Below, in pieces: positions 37,539 to 46,495 of a DNA stretch of 64,000 nucleotides (positions are counted from its first letter, which is position 1; every line of letters starts with the position of its first letter). This DNA is from Polyangiaceae bacterium (GTDB lineage Bacteria; Myxococcota_A; Polyangia; Polyangiales; Polyangiaceae), in the NCBI GenBank assembly GCA_044376115.1, contig JBILLK010000031.1, forward strand, positions 59,231 through 123,230. Direction: 5' to 3'. The notes under the pieces are model-generated. The model was not told the DNA's origin. It made no database searches and was given only the letters and a program-made list of their open reading frames with translations. The position numbers and the translations under genes were made by a program.

Positions 37539-37778
37539 ATGAGCTCCAAAGATGTTGGCAAGGCGACCCCGAGCGGAGACGTGTTTCGGGTGGAGCGAGA
37601 GGCCGAAGAGGCCTCCGCAAAACTCTACGCGGAGAGCCAAGAGGGGCTCACCAATCGCTGTGAGGCGTGTGGCGCGCTCGGCAGCCTCGAGGAGCAGGAG
37701 GACGGCGAGGTGCGCTGCGTCGATTGCGACGTCGTAGTCGCTCAGCGTTCGAAGTTGGGCGGCTACGGGAGGAAGTGA
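37539..37778 (+). CDS. Small zinc-ribbon protein
   Basis: 79-aa ORF from ATG 37539 with CEAC..CVDC; stop overlaps the GT start (GTGA). Confidence 0.7.
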   Translation: MSSKDVGKATPSGDVFRVEREAEEASAKLYAESQEGLTNRCEACGALGSLEEQEDGEVRCVDCDVVVAQRSKLGGYGRK

Positions 37779-38881
37779 ACGTGAAGAGGCTTCGCATCGC
37801 TCAGATCCTCACCAGCGTTCACACCGGTGGCGCCGAGCGCGTGGCTCTTTTGTTGGTAGAGGAGCTGCTCCGCCGCAGGCACGAGGTGACCGTGGTCTCC
37901 TTGGAAGAACTTGTCGACGGCCCGCTCGCGTCCGCCTTCGAGAAGACAGGCGCGCGCTTTCTGAAGATCCCGAAGGCGCAAAACCAATGGGATCGCAGCT
38001 TGTTCGGGAAGATGTACCAGTTCTTCCGCAACGAGCGCTTCGACGTGGTGCACACCCACAACCCGCTGCCGCTGATGTACGCCGCTCCCGCGGCTCGGCT
38101 CGCGGGCTCGCGGGTGGTCCACACCAAACACGGCGCTCACCCGGAGGGCTTCAAGCGCCTGATGTTGCGGCGCGCGGCGATCCTCGGCACCAACGCCTTT
38201 GTCGCGGTGAGCCAAGCCACGCTCGACTACGCGTTCAGCATCTACGAGGTCTTCCCGTGGAAGACGCACGTCATCACCAACGGTACCGATTTGCAGCGCT
38301 TCAAGCCGGACGCCGAGGCCAGGCGTCGGGTGCGCGCCCAATACGGAATCCCGGAAGACGCTGTGGTGTTCGGCACCGTGGGGCGCATGGCGACGATCAA
38401 GAATCACCCGCTGCTCGTGCGCTCGGCCGCGCCTCTGCTCGGACCAAACGTACGCCTCATGATCGTCGGCGGCGGGCAGGAATTCGAGAATACCAAGCAG
38501 GTGGTCGAGTCCGAGAAGGTGGCGGAGTTCGTTCATCTCGTCGGGGAGCAATCCGAGATCCCGGCCTACCTCGCAGCGCTCGATGTGTTCGCGCTGAGCA
38601 GCGACTCCGAAGGCATGCCTTTATCGCTGACCGAGGCGATGGGCGTTTGTCTGCCGATGGTCTCGACGCGCGTGGGCGGCGTGCCGAAGATCATCACGCA
38701 CGAAGAGACGGGACTCTTGGTCGAGGCGCAAAATCAAGGCGAACTCACTGCGGCTTTGCGCCGGCTCGCCGATTCACCGGAGCTGCGACGAACCATGGGA
38801 GAGCGCGGTCGCAAGGTGGCCGAGGCTCAGTATTCGCACACGCGCATGGTGGATGATTACGAACGCGTTTACGTGCCTTGA
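37775..38881 (+). CDS. Glycosyltransferase family 4 (GT-B)
   Basis: GGAER, DVVHTH, TVGR...KN, SEGMPLSLTEAM, ST.VGG. Confidence 0.92.
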   Translation: MNVKRLRIAQILTSVHTGGAERVALLLVEELLRRRHEVTVVSLEELVDGPLASAFEKTGARFLKIPKAQNQWDRSLFGKMYQFFRNERFDVVHTHNPLPLMYAAPAARLAGSRVVHTKHGAHPEGFKRLMLRRAAILGTNAFVAVSQATLDYAFSIYEVFPWKTHVITNGTDLQRFKPDAEARRRVRAQYGIPEDAVVFGTVGRMATIKNHPLLVRSAAPLLGPNVRLMIVGGGQEFENTKQVVESEKVAEFVHLVGEQSEIPAYLAALDVFALSSDSEGMPLSLTEAMGVCLPMVSTRVGGVPKIITHEETGLLVEAQNQGELTAALRRLADSPELRRTMGERGRKVAEAQYSHTRMVDDYERVYVP

Positions 38882-38924
38882 GCGGGTGATCGCTCGGAGC
38901 TCGTTTGTGGGCTAAACTGCGCGC

Positions 38925-39566
38925 ATGTTGAATTCGGCTCTTCGCTTCGTTGGCGGTCTCGCTTCGGCGGTCTTTGTGGTTTCGGTCGCGTCGCTCGCAG
39001 CCTGTGGTGACAGTGGGTCCAGCGCTGGCGGCGCTGGCACTGGCGGCTCGGGAGCTGGCGGCTCGGGCGGTTCGGGCGGTTCCACCAGCTCAGGGCCCGC
39101 GGGCGGCGCGCTCGTGATCAACGAGCTGCAACCGCAAGGCGCCGAATGGATCGAGCTCGTGAACGCCAGCGACGCGGATGTGGATCTCGAGGGCTACGGG
39201 CTCTGTGATGAAGATGCGGTGGGCGCGTGCGAGATAGCCGAGGCGATTCGTTTTCCGGCGGGTACCACGCTCAAAGCCGGTGAGTTCTTGCTCATCCTTA
39301 CCGACCAAGACCCGGCGCTTGGGGTCGGGCCGCAGAGCGCGTGCCTCGGCGGCGTCACCAGCTGCTTCTACGCTCCTTGGAAGATCAGTGCTGCCGACGG
39401 AGAGACCATTCGTCTCGTGGACGGCGCGGATGAAGAGGTTTCGTCGTTGACCTTCCCACCCGGAGTCACCGCCGATGAGACCGAGAGTTGGGGCCTGCTA
39501 CCGGATGGCCAGGGCGAGCCGTTCATTCTTGCGGCTACTCCCGGCGCGCCCAACCAAGAGCTTTGA
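38925..39566 (+). CDS. Lamin-tail-domain lipoprotein
   Basis: Lipobox LAAC; LVINE, EWIELVN, VDLEGY.L.D, FPAGTTL.AGEFL and TPGAPN. Confidence 0.88.
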   Translation: MLNSALRFVGGLASAVFVVSVASLAACGDSGSSAGGAGTGGSGAGGSGGSGGSTSSGPAGGALVINELQPQGAEWIELVNASDADVDLEGYGLCDEDAVGACEIAEAIRFPAGTTLKAGEFLLILTDQDPALGVGPQSACLGGVTSCFYAPWKISAADGETIRLVDGADEEVSSLTFPPGVTADETESWGLLPDGQGEPFILAATPGAPNQEL

Positions 39567-39602
39567 AGCCTCACGCCGCTTTCTGGGGCGTCGTCGCGTA
39601 GT

Positions 39603-39980
39603 TCAAGATCTCTTTTGCAGCTTGAGCACGTGCTGCTGGCCGGTCGGGTCTTTGAACTTGATCTGATAGGCGAACACGCGCCCATCGATGCGCATCTCGA
39701 CGACGGTTGGATCCGACAGGTTGCTCCGATTCACCAGCAGCGCCGCGGCGGTCGTCGTGCGGCCCGCCATGACGCGAATGAACATGATGCCCGCAACCAC
39801 GAGGAACAACGCGAACCCCCCAAAGCCGATGGCGATCCCGCGCTCACTCGGCTTGAAGGGGGCGAAGATGGCGACAGCGCCCACGCCGATCCCAGAGATG
39901 ATCGAGAGCCAGCCGAGCAAGCGATGGATGCCTGTTTGCGCTCGTGCGTACCCATGAATGCGCTCTTTGATGTCCATCAC
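39603..39980 (-). CDS. Hypothetical membrane protein (2 TM)
   Basis: 125-aa ORF with two hydrophobic helices. Confidence 0.65.
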   Translation of the reverse strand: MMDIKERIHGYARAQTGIHRLLGWLSIISGIGVGAVAIFAPFKPSERGIAIGFGGFALFLVVAGIMFIRVMAGRTTTAAALLVNRSNLSDPTVVEMRIDGRVFAYQIKFKDPTGQQHVLKLQKRS

Positions 39981-40050
39981 TCGATGATGCCAGCATGATT
40001 GGGATTTAGTAAGTCGAATGACTTAAACGATAGGGGTACTGTGACGCGTG

Positions 40051-40074
40051 ACTGTGCCATCCGTTTGGCGCAGT
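40051..40074. promoter_or_regulatory. Putative enhancer-binding-protein site
   Basis: ACTGTGCCA-N6-TGGCGCAGT inverted repeat (1 mismatch), about 80 bp upstream of a sigma54-like element. Confidence 0.45.
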
Positions 40075-40139
40075 AGGCACAAGCCGGCGCGAGAGAACTC
40101 GATATCGCAAATAATGGGCTATTTGTGACTGCGTCATCG

Positions 40140-40155
40140 AGGCACGATGCGTGCT
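40140..40155 (+). promoter_or_regulatory. Putative sigma54 (-24/-12) promoter
   Basis: AGGCACGATGCGTGCT: GG(40141-42)-N10-GC(40153-54) with GGCACG, 12 bp before ATG 40167. Confidence 0.55.
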
Positions 40156-40166
40156 TCTGCGCCGGT

Positions 40167-41561
40167 ATGGCCTTTCGCCCAACCCCCTCTCACTTCGCGT
40201 CGCTGCGTGTCGCTATGGCGGCCGCTCTCGGTATCCCGGTGGCCTTTCTCGGCTGTGACGGCACGACCACCGTCGTCTGCGAGTCGCCCGAAGAGGGCCC
40301 CAGCGGCTTCGTCACCTGTGCCAACGGGCTGGTGACGCGGCCTGCAGCCGTCACCTGCGAGAGCGAGCTCCCGCGCGATCAGGTCTGCCAAGGCGACCCG
40401 GAGTTCGACCAGTGCCAGACCGACGCCGACTGCACCGACTTCCCCAACGGCGCCTGCGGTGTAAACAGCGGCGATCCGTTCGGAGATCCGTTCCCCGGCT
40501 GCACCTGCAGCTACGGTTGCGTCAGCGACGATGACTGCGGAGACGGGGCGATCTGCGCCTGTGCTTCGCCGGTTGGGCAGTGCGTCGCGGCGGAGTGTCG
40601 CACCGACGCCGAATGCGACGACGGCCAGCTCTGCGCGGGCTGGGATTCGCTCGATGAGTGCGGCGGCGGCGGGTTCGCCTGCACCACGGGGGACGACGAG
40701 TGCCTCTCTCACGCAGACTGCAGCGACGGCCAGTCGTGCGAATACCAGGCGGGCAAGCGCAGCTGCGTCCAAATCGAGCCTTGCGCCATTGGCCGGCCGT
40801 TCCTGATCGACGATGAGCCGCGGCTCGCCGAGGCCGTGCTGCGCGACGACTGGACGCTGCGCACGAAGCACGACGTTGCCGCCGTCGACGCCGAGACACG
40901 AAGCGCGCTCGCCGAACGCTGGCTCGAGGTGGCCCGCATGGAGCACGCGAGCATCGCTGCCTTCGCTCGCTTCACGCTGCAGCTGCTCGCGCTCGGTGCG
41001 CCGGGCGAGCTCGTGGCCTCGAGCGCGAAGGCCGGCGCTGATGAGGCTCGTCACGCGCGGCTCGCCTTCGGCATGGTGAAGGCGTTTGGCGCCATCGCGG
41101 TGGGCCCCGGTCCGCTCGGGCTCGAGGGCGCGCTCGGTGACGCGGTGGATCACGAGGAGCTACTGCGCGTGGTCTATCGCGAAGGTTGCGTCGGCGAGAC
41201 GATCGCCGCGCTCGAGGCGCGCGAGGGACAAAGTCGTAGCGGCCTCGCGATCTTCGCTTCGATCGCCGCGGACGAGTCGGACCACGCGACGCTGGCGTGG
41301 GCCTCGACGAAATGGCTCGCCGAGCAGATCGGCCCGCGCGCCGCGTACATCTTGGCCGAGGAGCTCGAGCGCGCCGCCGCACGCAGCGTTCCCCTCGTTC
41401 GAGGCGAGCCGGATCTCGGCTCCTTCGGCTTCTTGACCAGCTTCGAGCGCGAGGCGCTCCGCAGCGACGCGCTGGAGTCGCTCGTTCGCCCGGCGACGGT
41501 CGCGTTGATGGCCCGGCTCACCACGCAGTTCGAAGAGCAGGCGCCACTCTCGGTCCACTGA
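40167..41561 (+). CDS. Lipoprotein with Cys-rich repeats and a C-terminal ferritin-like (diiron) domain
   Basis: FLGC lipobox; C..D.DC repeats; EHASIAAF, DEARH, EGCVGET and DESDH. Confidence 0.85.
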   Translation: MAFRPTPSHFASLRVAMAAALGIPVAFLGCDGTTTVVCESPEEGPSGFVTCANGLVTRPAAVTCESELPRDQVCQGDPEFDQCQTDADCTDFPNGACGVNSGDPFGDPFPGCTCSYGCVSDDDCGDGAICACASPVGQCVAAECRTDAECDDGQLCAGWDSLDECGGGGFACTTGDDECLSHADCSDGQSCEYQAGKRSCVQIEPCAIGRPFLIDDEPRLAEAVLRDDWTLRTKHDVAAVDAETRSALAERWLEVARMEHASIAAFARFTLQLLALGAPGELVASSAKAGADEARHARLAFGMVKAFGAIAVGPGPLGLEGALGDAVDHEELLRVVYREGCVGETIAALEAREGQSRSGLAIFASIAADESDHATLAWASTKWLAEQIGPRAAYILAEELERAAARSVPLVRGEPDLGSFGFLTSFEREALRSDALESLVRPATVALMARLTTQFEEQAPLSVH

Positions 41562-41610
41562 GCTTCGTCTCGAGAGCGGCGTTCGGAGCGAGGAAAGACG
41601 CGGCTCGCCC

Positions 41611-44600
41611 TCAGCTGCCGTGCGCCTTCTCGAGCGCGGCGCGCAGCGCGTCGTCAATCTCCCCGCTCGCCGGCAGGCCCTGGTCGCGGCGGAATTGACG
41701 GATCGCCGCCTCGAGGCCGTCGTCGCTGACGAACTCGACCGGGCCGCCCGCTCGCAAGTAACCGAGGTGCGCCAAACGAGCCTTCACGCCGCTGTTTTCG
41801 GCCACCGGGTCGACATCCCCGACGCGCACCAAGAACACCTGACCGCGCTTGGGAAATACGACGCGCACCTCGCGCACGTGGATCGGCAGCTCGAGCTCTA
41901 GCACGCCGCTATTGTCGGCTTTGCCGGAGAGCGGCTGCAACAGCCCTTCCACCGTGTACTGCTCGCCCGCGAACGGCTTGCGTGCGTCGGTGAAGACGAG
42001 GCGGGTCTTCACCAGCGGGATGGTGGCGCGGTACTCGTTCGACGTGCCGTGGGTGAGGGGATACTGCTTCTTCGACGAGCGGGCGAAGTGCAAAACGTCC
42101 CCCGGGGCGAGCTGATTCGGATCTTTGCGCTTGGCCTTCAGATCAGCGTTCTTGCCGTCGTTCCAAACCTTCTCTGCGTCGAAGCCGTGCCGAAATGCGA
42201 GCTTGTCGAGGAAGTCCCCTTGGCGGATGACGTAGGGCTGCGCTGAGCCCTCCGTCTCGTCGCCGCGCATCGTAAGTTCGGGGAAGATGACCCAGCCGTC
42301 TTGGTCGAGCTCCAGCGTGACCTTACCGTCCTCACCGGTCATCCCGCTCTGTTGGCTCTCATCGTCGAGCGTGAGTAGGAAGCGTTGTTTGCCGAGGGGC
42401 GCGCCGTCCTCGGCGAGTAGCACGATCTCGGTGGGCGGCGGCGGCTCGGGCGGCGGCGGATCTTCGGCTTTGTCCGGCGAATTCAGCAGGATCTTTTTGC
42501 CGTCGATCTTCACCTCTTGATCGAGCGCGAGCGAAGCGCCCTTGGTTTTGACGACCAGCTTCTTGTCGACCAGCAACTGCGCGTCGCCCTTCGACACGAT
42601 CGAAAGGCCGTCCTCCGTGGCAATGAAGCCGGTGCCGCTGCCTTTGACGTTCACGGTCGCGGCGCTCAGTTCGATCTGGTCGCCGGTCATGCGCAGCGTG
42701 CTTTCACCCACGCGCAGCACGAGCTCTTGGTCAGAGGCGAGCTCCAGCCGCTTGACGCCGATCAGGCTTGCGACGCCCTCAGCGTGGGTGATCCACGAGC
42801 GGGGCTTGTCCGCTTGGCCCACCACGGTGGTGACCGAGCCAAGAGCACGAAGCGTTACATCGGCCTCTGCCGTGACCAGCACGTCGCCGTGGTTGTCGTG
42901 CTGCAGCTTGCCTTCGACGCGCGAGGTGCGCGCGCCGGTGATGCGCTCGTCGGCGCTGCCGGAGACGGCCTCGAGGCGGTTGCCGAAGACTTGATCGCTG
43001 CGGTCTCCTTTGACGATCTGCGCCAAATTGCGTTCGACCGTGTCGAGCCGGTTGCCCAAGATGGTGAGCCGCTCATCGTTATTCACCGTCAGCGTGTGAT
43101 CGCGACCAACCTGCTCGTCGAGGTCGCGTTGGGCGATCAAGAGCACCTGCTCTTCGCCTGCGGCGTCCTCGAACGAAAGCTCATTCGCGCCTTTTCCGCC
43201 GGGCGAACTGGAGGTCCGAAAGCCGCTGCGCGTCTTCTGTTCGGGCAATTTGAAAGGCACCGGATGAATCGCGTTGGCGACGGTCCCAGTGACGATCGGC
43301 TTATCCGGGTCCCCGCCCTCGAACATGACCACGACCTCCATGCCGACGCGCGGGATGAACTGAACGCCCCAATGCGAGCCTGCCCAGGGCTGCATCGTGC
43401 GGATCCAACAGGAGCTCGAATCATCGCGGGTGCCCTCGCGGTCCCAATGGAACTGCACCTTGATTTGCCCCCGTGAATCAACGTGGATCTCGCTCGCTTG
43501 GGGACCAACCACGGTCGCGGTGAGACAGACCTGGACGCTCTTGCGCTTGGGGCGCGGCGGCGGGTAGCTCACGTTGGCCGGCACGCACTCGAACTCGCAC
43601 TCGTAGACGCGGTGGGCGCTCGATCCGTCGGCGAGATTGCGCCCGCGGTGGTGCACCGAGATCAGCGCAAAGTCGTGCTCGAGCCGCGCTACTGGATGGC
43701 CATCCAAGTGGAAGCGGCGACCCGGGCCGAGGTCCGAGCAGCCGCTTCGGCCGCGGATCACCGAGGCGCGTCGGCGCTCTTGCCGCAACATGCGCGCGGC
43801 CTCTCCGCTCGAGTACGACCACTTCGGAAACAAGGTCTGCGCGTGGTGATCGTACACCTCGAGGAAGGTGGGCCCGCCGGCCCCGGAGACGTTCTTTACC
43901 GCGCCAAGCGCGCCCGAGGCCGAAACGGTGCCGACGCCGGGGACGGAGACCGCGGCATCCACTGTCACGTCGAGCGCGGACGCTACCGCGCTCGCCAAGC
44001 CCTCCAGGCCGTCGTTGCCGAACGGCGTATTCGAGATCGCACGGCTCTGCAGCGGAGTGTGCGGGCGTTCGGGATCGTATTCGCGGAAGGTCGCCACCGA
44101 GGGCTCGACGCTGTTGCGCAATTCGAAGGCAGTGATCTTGTCGCTCAGCGTCTCACTGGCCTGCTCGAGCTCGAGGTAGTGAAGTCGCGGTGCGTCGCGT
44201 TCGAGCAGCTCGCTCACCGTCTTGACGATCAGCGCCTTCGCTGCGAGGGCCTCGGCCGAGCCGTCAACGACGCTGGGCATGGGCAAGGCCGAGAGCATGG
44301 CCAACGCGCCCGCGCTTTCGTCGCCGAGGGCCGGGTAGAAGCTCGCGTCGTCGGCACACAGAATGGAGTCCCCCGAGACGAGCGGACCCATCGCTGCCGC
44401 GAGCCGCGCAGCCTGGGCTGCGAGCGTCGATACGCCGCTCAATACAGCGGCAGCGCCCGCCTGAAATCCGCCGGGCGCACCTTGGTGGAAGTAGAAGAAG
44501 ATGCCCGCCTCGGCCAGCAAGCGCGTGACGAACTGGTAGTCGGTCTCCTCGTATTGGGTGCAATACTCGCGTACTGGATAGCTGTGCTGGAGCTGCCAGC

Positions 44601-44988
44601 GGCTAGCGATGCCCGCCTCTCCGAGCACCGCTGCCACCACGTCGATCACCCGCAGGTTCTGAAACACGCGCGTGCGCCGCTGCTTCTTGAGCAGCCACAG
44701 GCGCGGCACCAAGCTGAGTTCGTAGTCACAGGCGTCGCGTTCGCGGCGCCCGAGCAAACGCACCGAGGCAATCAGGCCGCTGAAAGCCCGCACCATCGAT
44801 GGATAGATTTTGAAGGTCAGCTCGGCGCGAGCACCGAGCGCCACTCGCTCGAGATCCGGCGCGCCCGCCGCCACCCGCACCACGATGCGAAACTTGTAGC
44901 TCTTCGACAGCGCCTCTTTCCCGTCCAACGACAAGACGGAGATCGGCCCGTCAAAGCCTTCGAGCTCGAGCGCATACGAGGACGTCAT
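41611..44988 (-). CDS. vgrG: Type VI secretion tip protein VgrG with C-terminal LysM and peptidoglycan-binding domains
   Basis: EALS..Y.F, REYCTQYEETDYQFVTRLLAEAGIFFYF, GQIKVQFHWDR, SSCWIR, IPRVGMEVVV.F.GGDPDKP and NELSFED..G.EQ; YVIRQGD.L..LA (LysM); ARLAHLGY..AIRQFRRDQGL..SGEID. Confidence 0.93.
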   Translation of the reverse strand: MTSSYALELEGFDGPISVLSLDGKEALSKSYKFRIVVRVAAGAPDLERVALGARAELTFKIYPSMVRAFSGLIASVRLLGRRERDACDYELSLVPRLWLLKKQRRTRVFQNLRVIDVVAAVLGEAGIASRWQLQHSYPVREYCTQYEETDYQFVTRLLAEAGIFFYFHQGAPGGFQAGAAAVLSGVSTLAAQAARLAAAMGPLVSGDSILCADDASFYPALGDESAGALAMLSALPMPSVVDGSAEALAAKALIVKTVSELLERDAPRLHYLELEQASETLSDKITAFELRNSVEPSVATFREYDPERPHTPLQSRAISNTPFGNDGLEGLASAVASALDVTVDAAVSVPGVGTVSASGALGAVKNVSGAGGPTFLEVYDHHAQTLFPKWSYSSGEAARMLRQERRRASVIRGRSGCSDLGPGRRFHLDGHPVARLEHDFALISVHHRGRNLADGSSAHRVYECEFECVPANVSYPPPRPKRKSVQVCLTATVVGPQASEIHVDSRGQIKVQFHWDREGTRDDSSSCWIRTMQPWAGSHWGVQFIPRVGMEVVVMFEGGDPDKPIVTGTVANAIHPVPFKLPEQKTRSGFRTSSSPGGKGANELSFEDAAGEEQVLLIAQRDLDEQVGRDHTLTVNNDERLTILGNRLDTVERNLAQIVKGDRSDQVFGNRLEAVSGSADERITGARTSRVEGKLQHDNHGDVLVTAEADVTLRALGSVTTVVGQADKPRSWITHAEGVASLIGVKRLELASDQELVLRVGESTLRMTGDQIELSAATVNVKGSGTGFIATEDGLSIVSKGDAQLLVDKKLVVKTKGASLALDQEVKIDGKKILLNSPDKAEDPPPPEPPPPTEIVLLAEDGAPLGKQRFLLTLDDESQQSGMTGEDGKVTLELDQDGWVIFPELTMRGDETEGSAQPYVIRQGDFLDKLAFRHGFDAEKVWNDGKNADLKAKRKDPNQLAPGDVLHFARSSKKQYPLTHGTSNEYRATIPLVKTRLVFTDARKPFAGEQYTVEGLLQPLSGKADNSGVLELELPIHVREVRVVFPKRGQVFLVRVGDVDPVAENSGVKARLAHLGYLRAGGPVEFVSDDGLEAAIRQFRRDQGLPASGEIDDALRAALEKAHGS

Positions 44989-45130
44989 GGCCGCGCGACG
45001 ACATCACCTGCACCTGGGCTTCGTCAAGGTTGGTCGAGTCGCAACCGCGCATTGAGATGGGCGCTCCGGTCGATTGCGCTCGTGCGGGGTTTGACGTCGA
45101 GTCGACGGTTGTGGTTCGCTCCCTCGTCCG

Positions 45131-46495
45131 ATGCTGAATCAGCGCTCCGTGACCTGCACGCTCGTGAACGAATCCGAAGCAGACATCATCGCGACCGGCG
45201 CGAGCGTGAACCACAAGATCGAGCAAGGGCAGCTACTGAACTCGATGCCTGCGCCGGTAGCCCCCGCGGCGAGCGCCAGCTGGACGCTGATCCAATCGGC
45301 CGCTGAGTCCACTGGGCCGGCCGGGTGGGCTTGTTACGAGCGAGCCGGCGAGGTGGTCTACCAGCTTCGCTTCGGCAACCCAGCCCTGGGACGAGATGCG
45401 TTTAGCGTCGTCTTCAACTACCTCGAGAAGACCGGAACCGCCGCCTACGAGCTCAAGTTCGCCAACGCCGCAGGGCCGATCTCCGATGACAAGATCGCAA
45501 CGGAGCTGGACCTGCGGGTCGAGTACCGTCTGCGTTGGCAGCCGGCTGCAAGCCCCGGGGTCGCCCCCGGTGCGAGCGGTCCTTCCGCGCAAAGCGTCGG
45601 AGCCCAGCCGAATGGGTCCTCGAGCGTTACCACCCCACCCATCTTTGCGCGCTGGAATCAGGCGGACATCACCGATGCACGTAAGAAGGTCCTTGCGGCG
45701 GTCGCGTCGGTCTACCCGGTCTTGTGGGTTGCGAACACGGGGGAGGCCAAGATCGCAGAGGCCAAGAATGGTGGCGGAACCTACGACCGAAAGGGTGAGT
45801 GGACTGACAAAGGCAGCACGAGCTGCACGAGCTCTTGCCCCTGGATCGGCAAGAAGGTCTCGCCCGCCACCTCGACCAAGTGGAACTTCAATGCTCCAAA
45901 CGTCGGACGGGGCGCGTGGGTACGTTGGGGTACCGGGGCACAAATGCCGAGCGTCGGCGATGTGTACATACTCTGGTGTGACGAGTACCAACGCCCGCTG
46001 CCTCCTCGTCCGGGGCAAGCCCGCATCGCACAGCCAGCTCCACCCGCAGCTCGAATCAAGGACCCACTATGGGATTCGTGGGATCAGACCGTGGCGAAGA
46101 TGGACCCACACATGCGGCACGTGGGCGTCATCGTGCAAGTACCCACGACGGATTCAGAGTGCTTCATCACCGCTGACGGCGGTCAGTCCGTCGGTGGCAA
46201 GCAGGCGGCTCATCTGGTCAAGCGCTCCTTTACCCGTCGCAAGCCCGGTCCAACGAACGCTTCATTTCAAGAGAAGTGGAACAGGTCCTTTGCGGGCAGA
46301 GGTCCCTACGGGCCGCCGGCCGACGTCGAGTGCTTGTACCTCTCCGGCGAGGCGGAGCAAGAGCCTGGAAACAGGCTGCTTGGGTGGATCGACGTTGACG
46401 TCTTGGCTCAGCAGAAGCTCGTGCTCCCGTACGATCCACTGACCGATGATCCTCTCTACGCCGAGCTCGGCGCGCGCATCGCGAGGATCCCGTGA
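45131..46495 (+). CDS. Putative effector: aegerolysin-like N-terminal domain + Cys/His papain-like (NlpC/P60/CHAP-type) domain
   Basis: N-terminal RSV..L.N..P..W..S...TG..G..Y..F.NP..G pattern; C-terminal TSC, PSVGDVYI, HVGVI, TADGGQ and LLGWIDVD; no signal peptide. Confidence 0.6.
   Translation: MLNQRSVTCTLVNESEADIIATGASVNHKIEQGQLLNSMPAPVAPAASASWTLIQSAAESTGPAGWACYERAGEVVYQLRFGNPALGRDAFSVVFNYLEKTGTAAYELKFANAAGPISDDKIATELDLRVEYRLRWQPAASPGVAPGASGPSAQSVGAQPNGSSSVTTPPIFARWNQADITDARKKVLAAVASVYPVLWVANTGEAKIAEAKNGGGTYDRKGEWTDKGSTSCTSSCPWIGKKVSPATSTKWNFNAPNVGRGAWVRWGTGAQMPSVGDVYILWCDEYQRPLPPRPGQARIAQPAPPAARIKDPLWDSWDQTVAKMDPHMRHVGVIVQVPTTDSECFITADGGQSVGGKQAAHLVKRSFTRRKPGPTNASFQEKWNRSFAGRGPYGPPADVECLYLSGEAEQEPGNRLLGWIDVDVLAQQKLVLPYDPLTDDPLYAELGARIARIP

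Noticed and set aside
37042..37778. ORFs with repeated peptides (e.g. NNMTRAPLEKKGRRP, RGPESYCLLHPPSA)
   Set aside because: They are translations of the DNA repeat. Unit lengths of 94 and 96 bp do not keep one frame, so these are shadow ORFs; only 37539-37778 is retained.
43483..45306. 607-aa plus-strand ORF and other long antisense ORFs (e.g. 2563-3924, 9762-10868, 31233-32600, 59747-60811)
   Set aside because: They lie antisense to well-supported genes and have no recognisable motifs; long shadow frames are expected in high-GC DNA.
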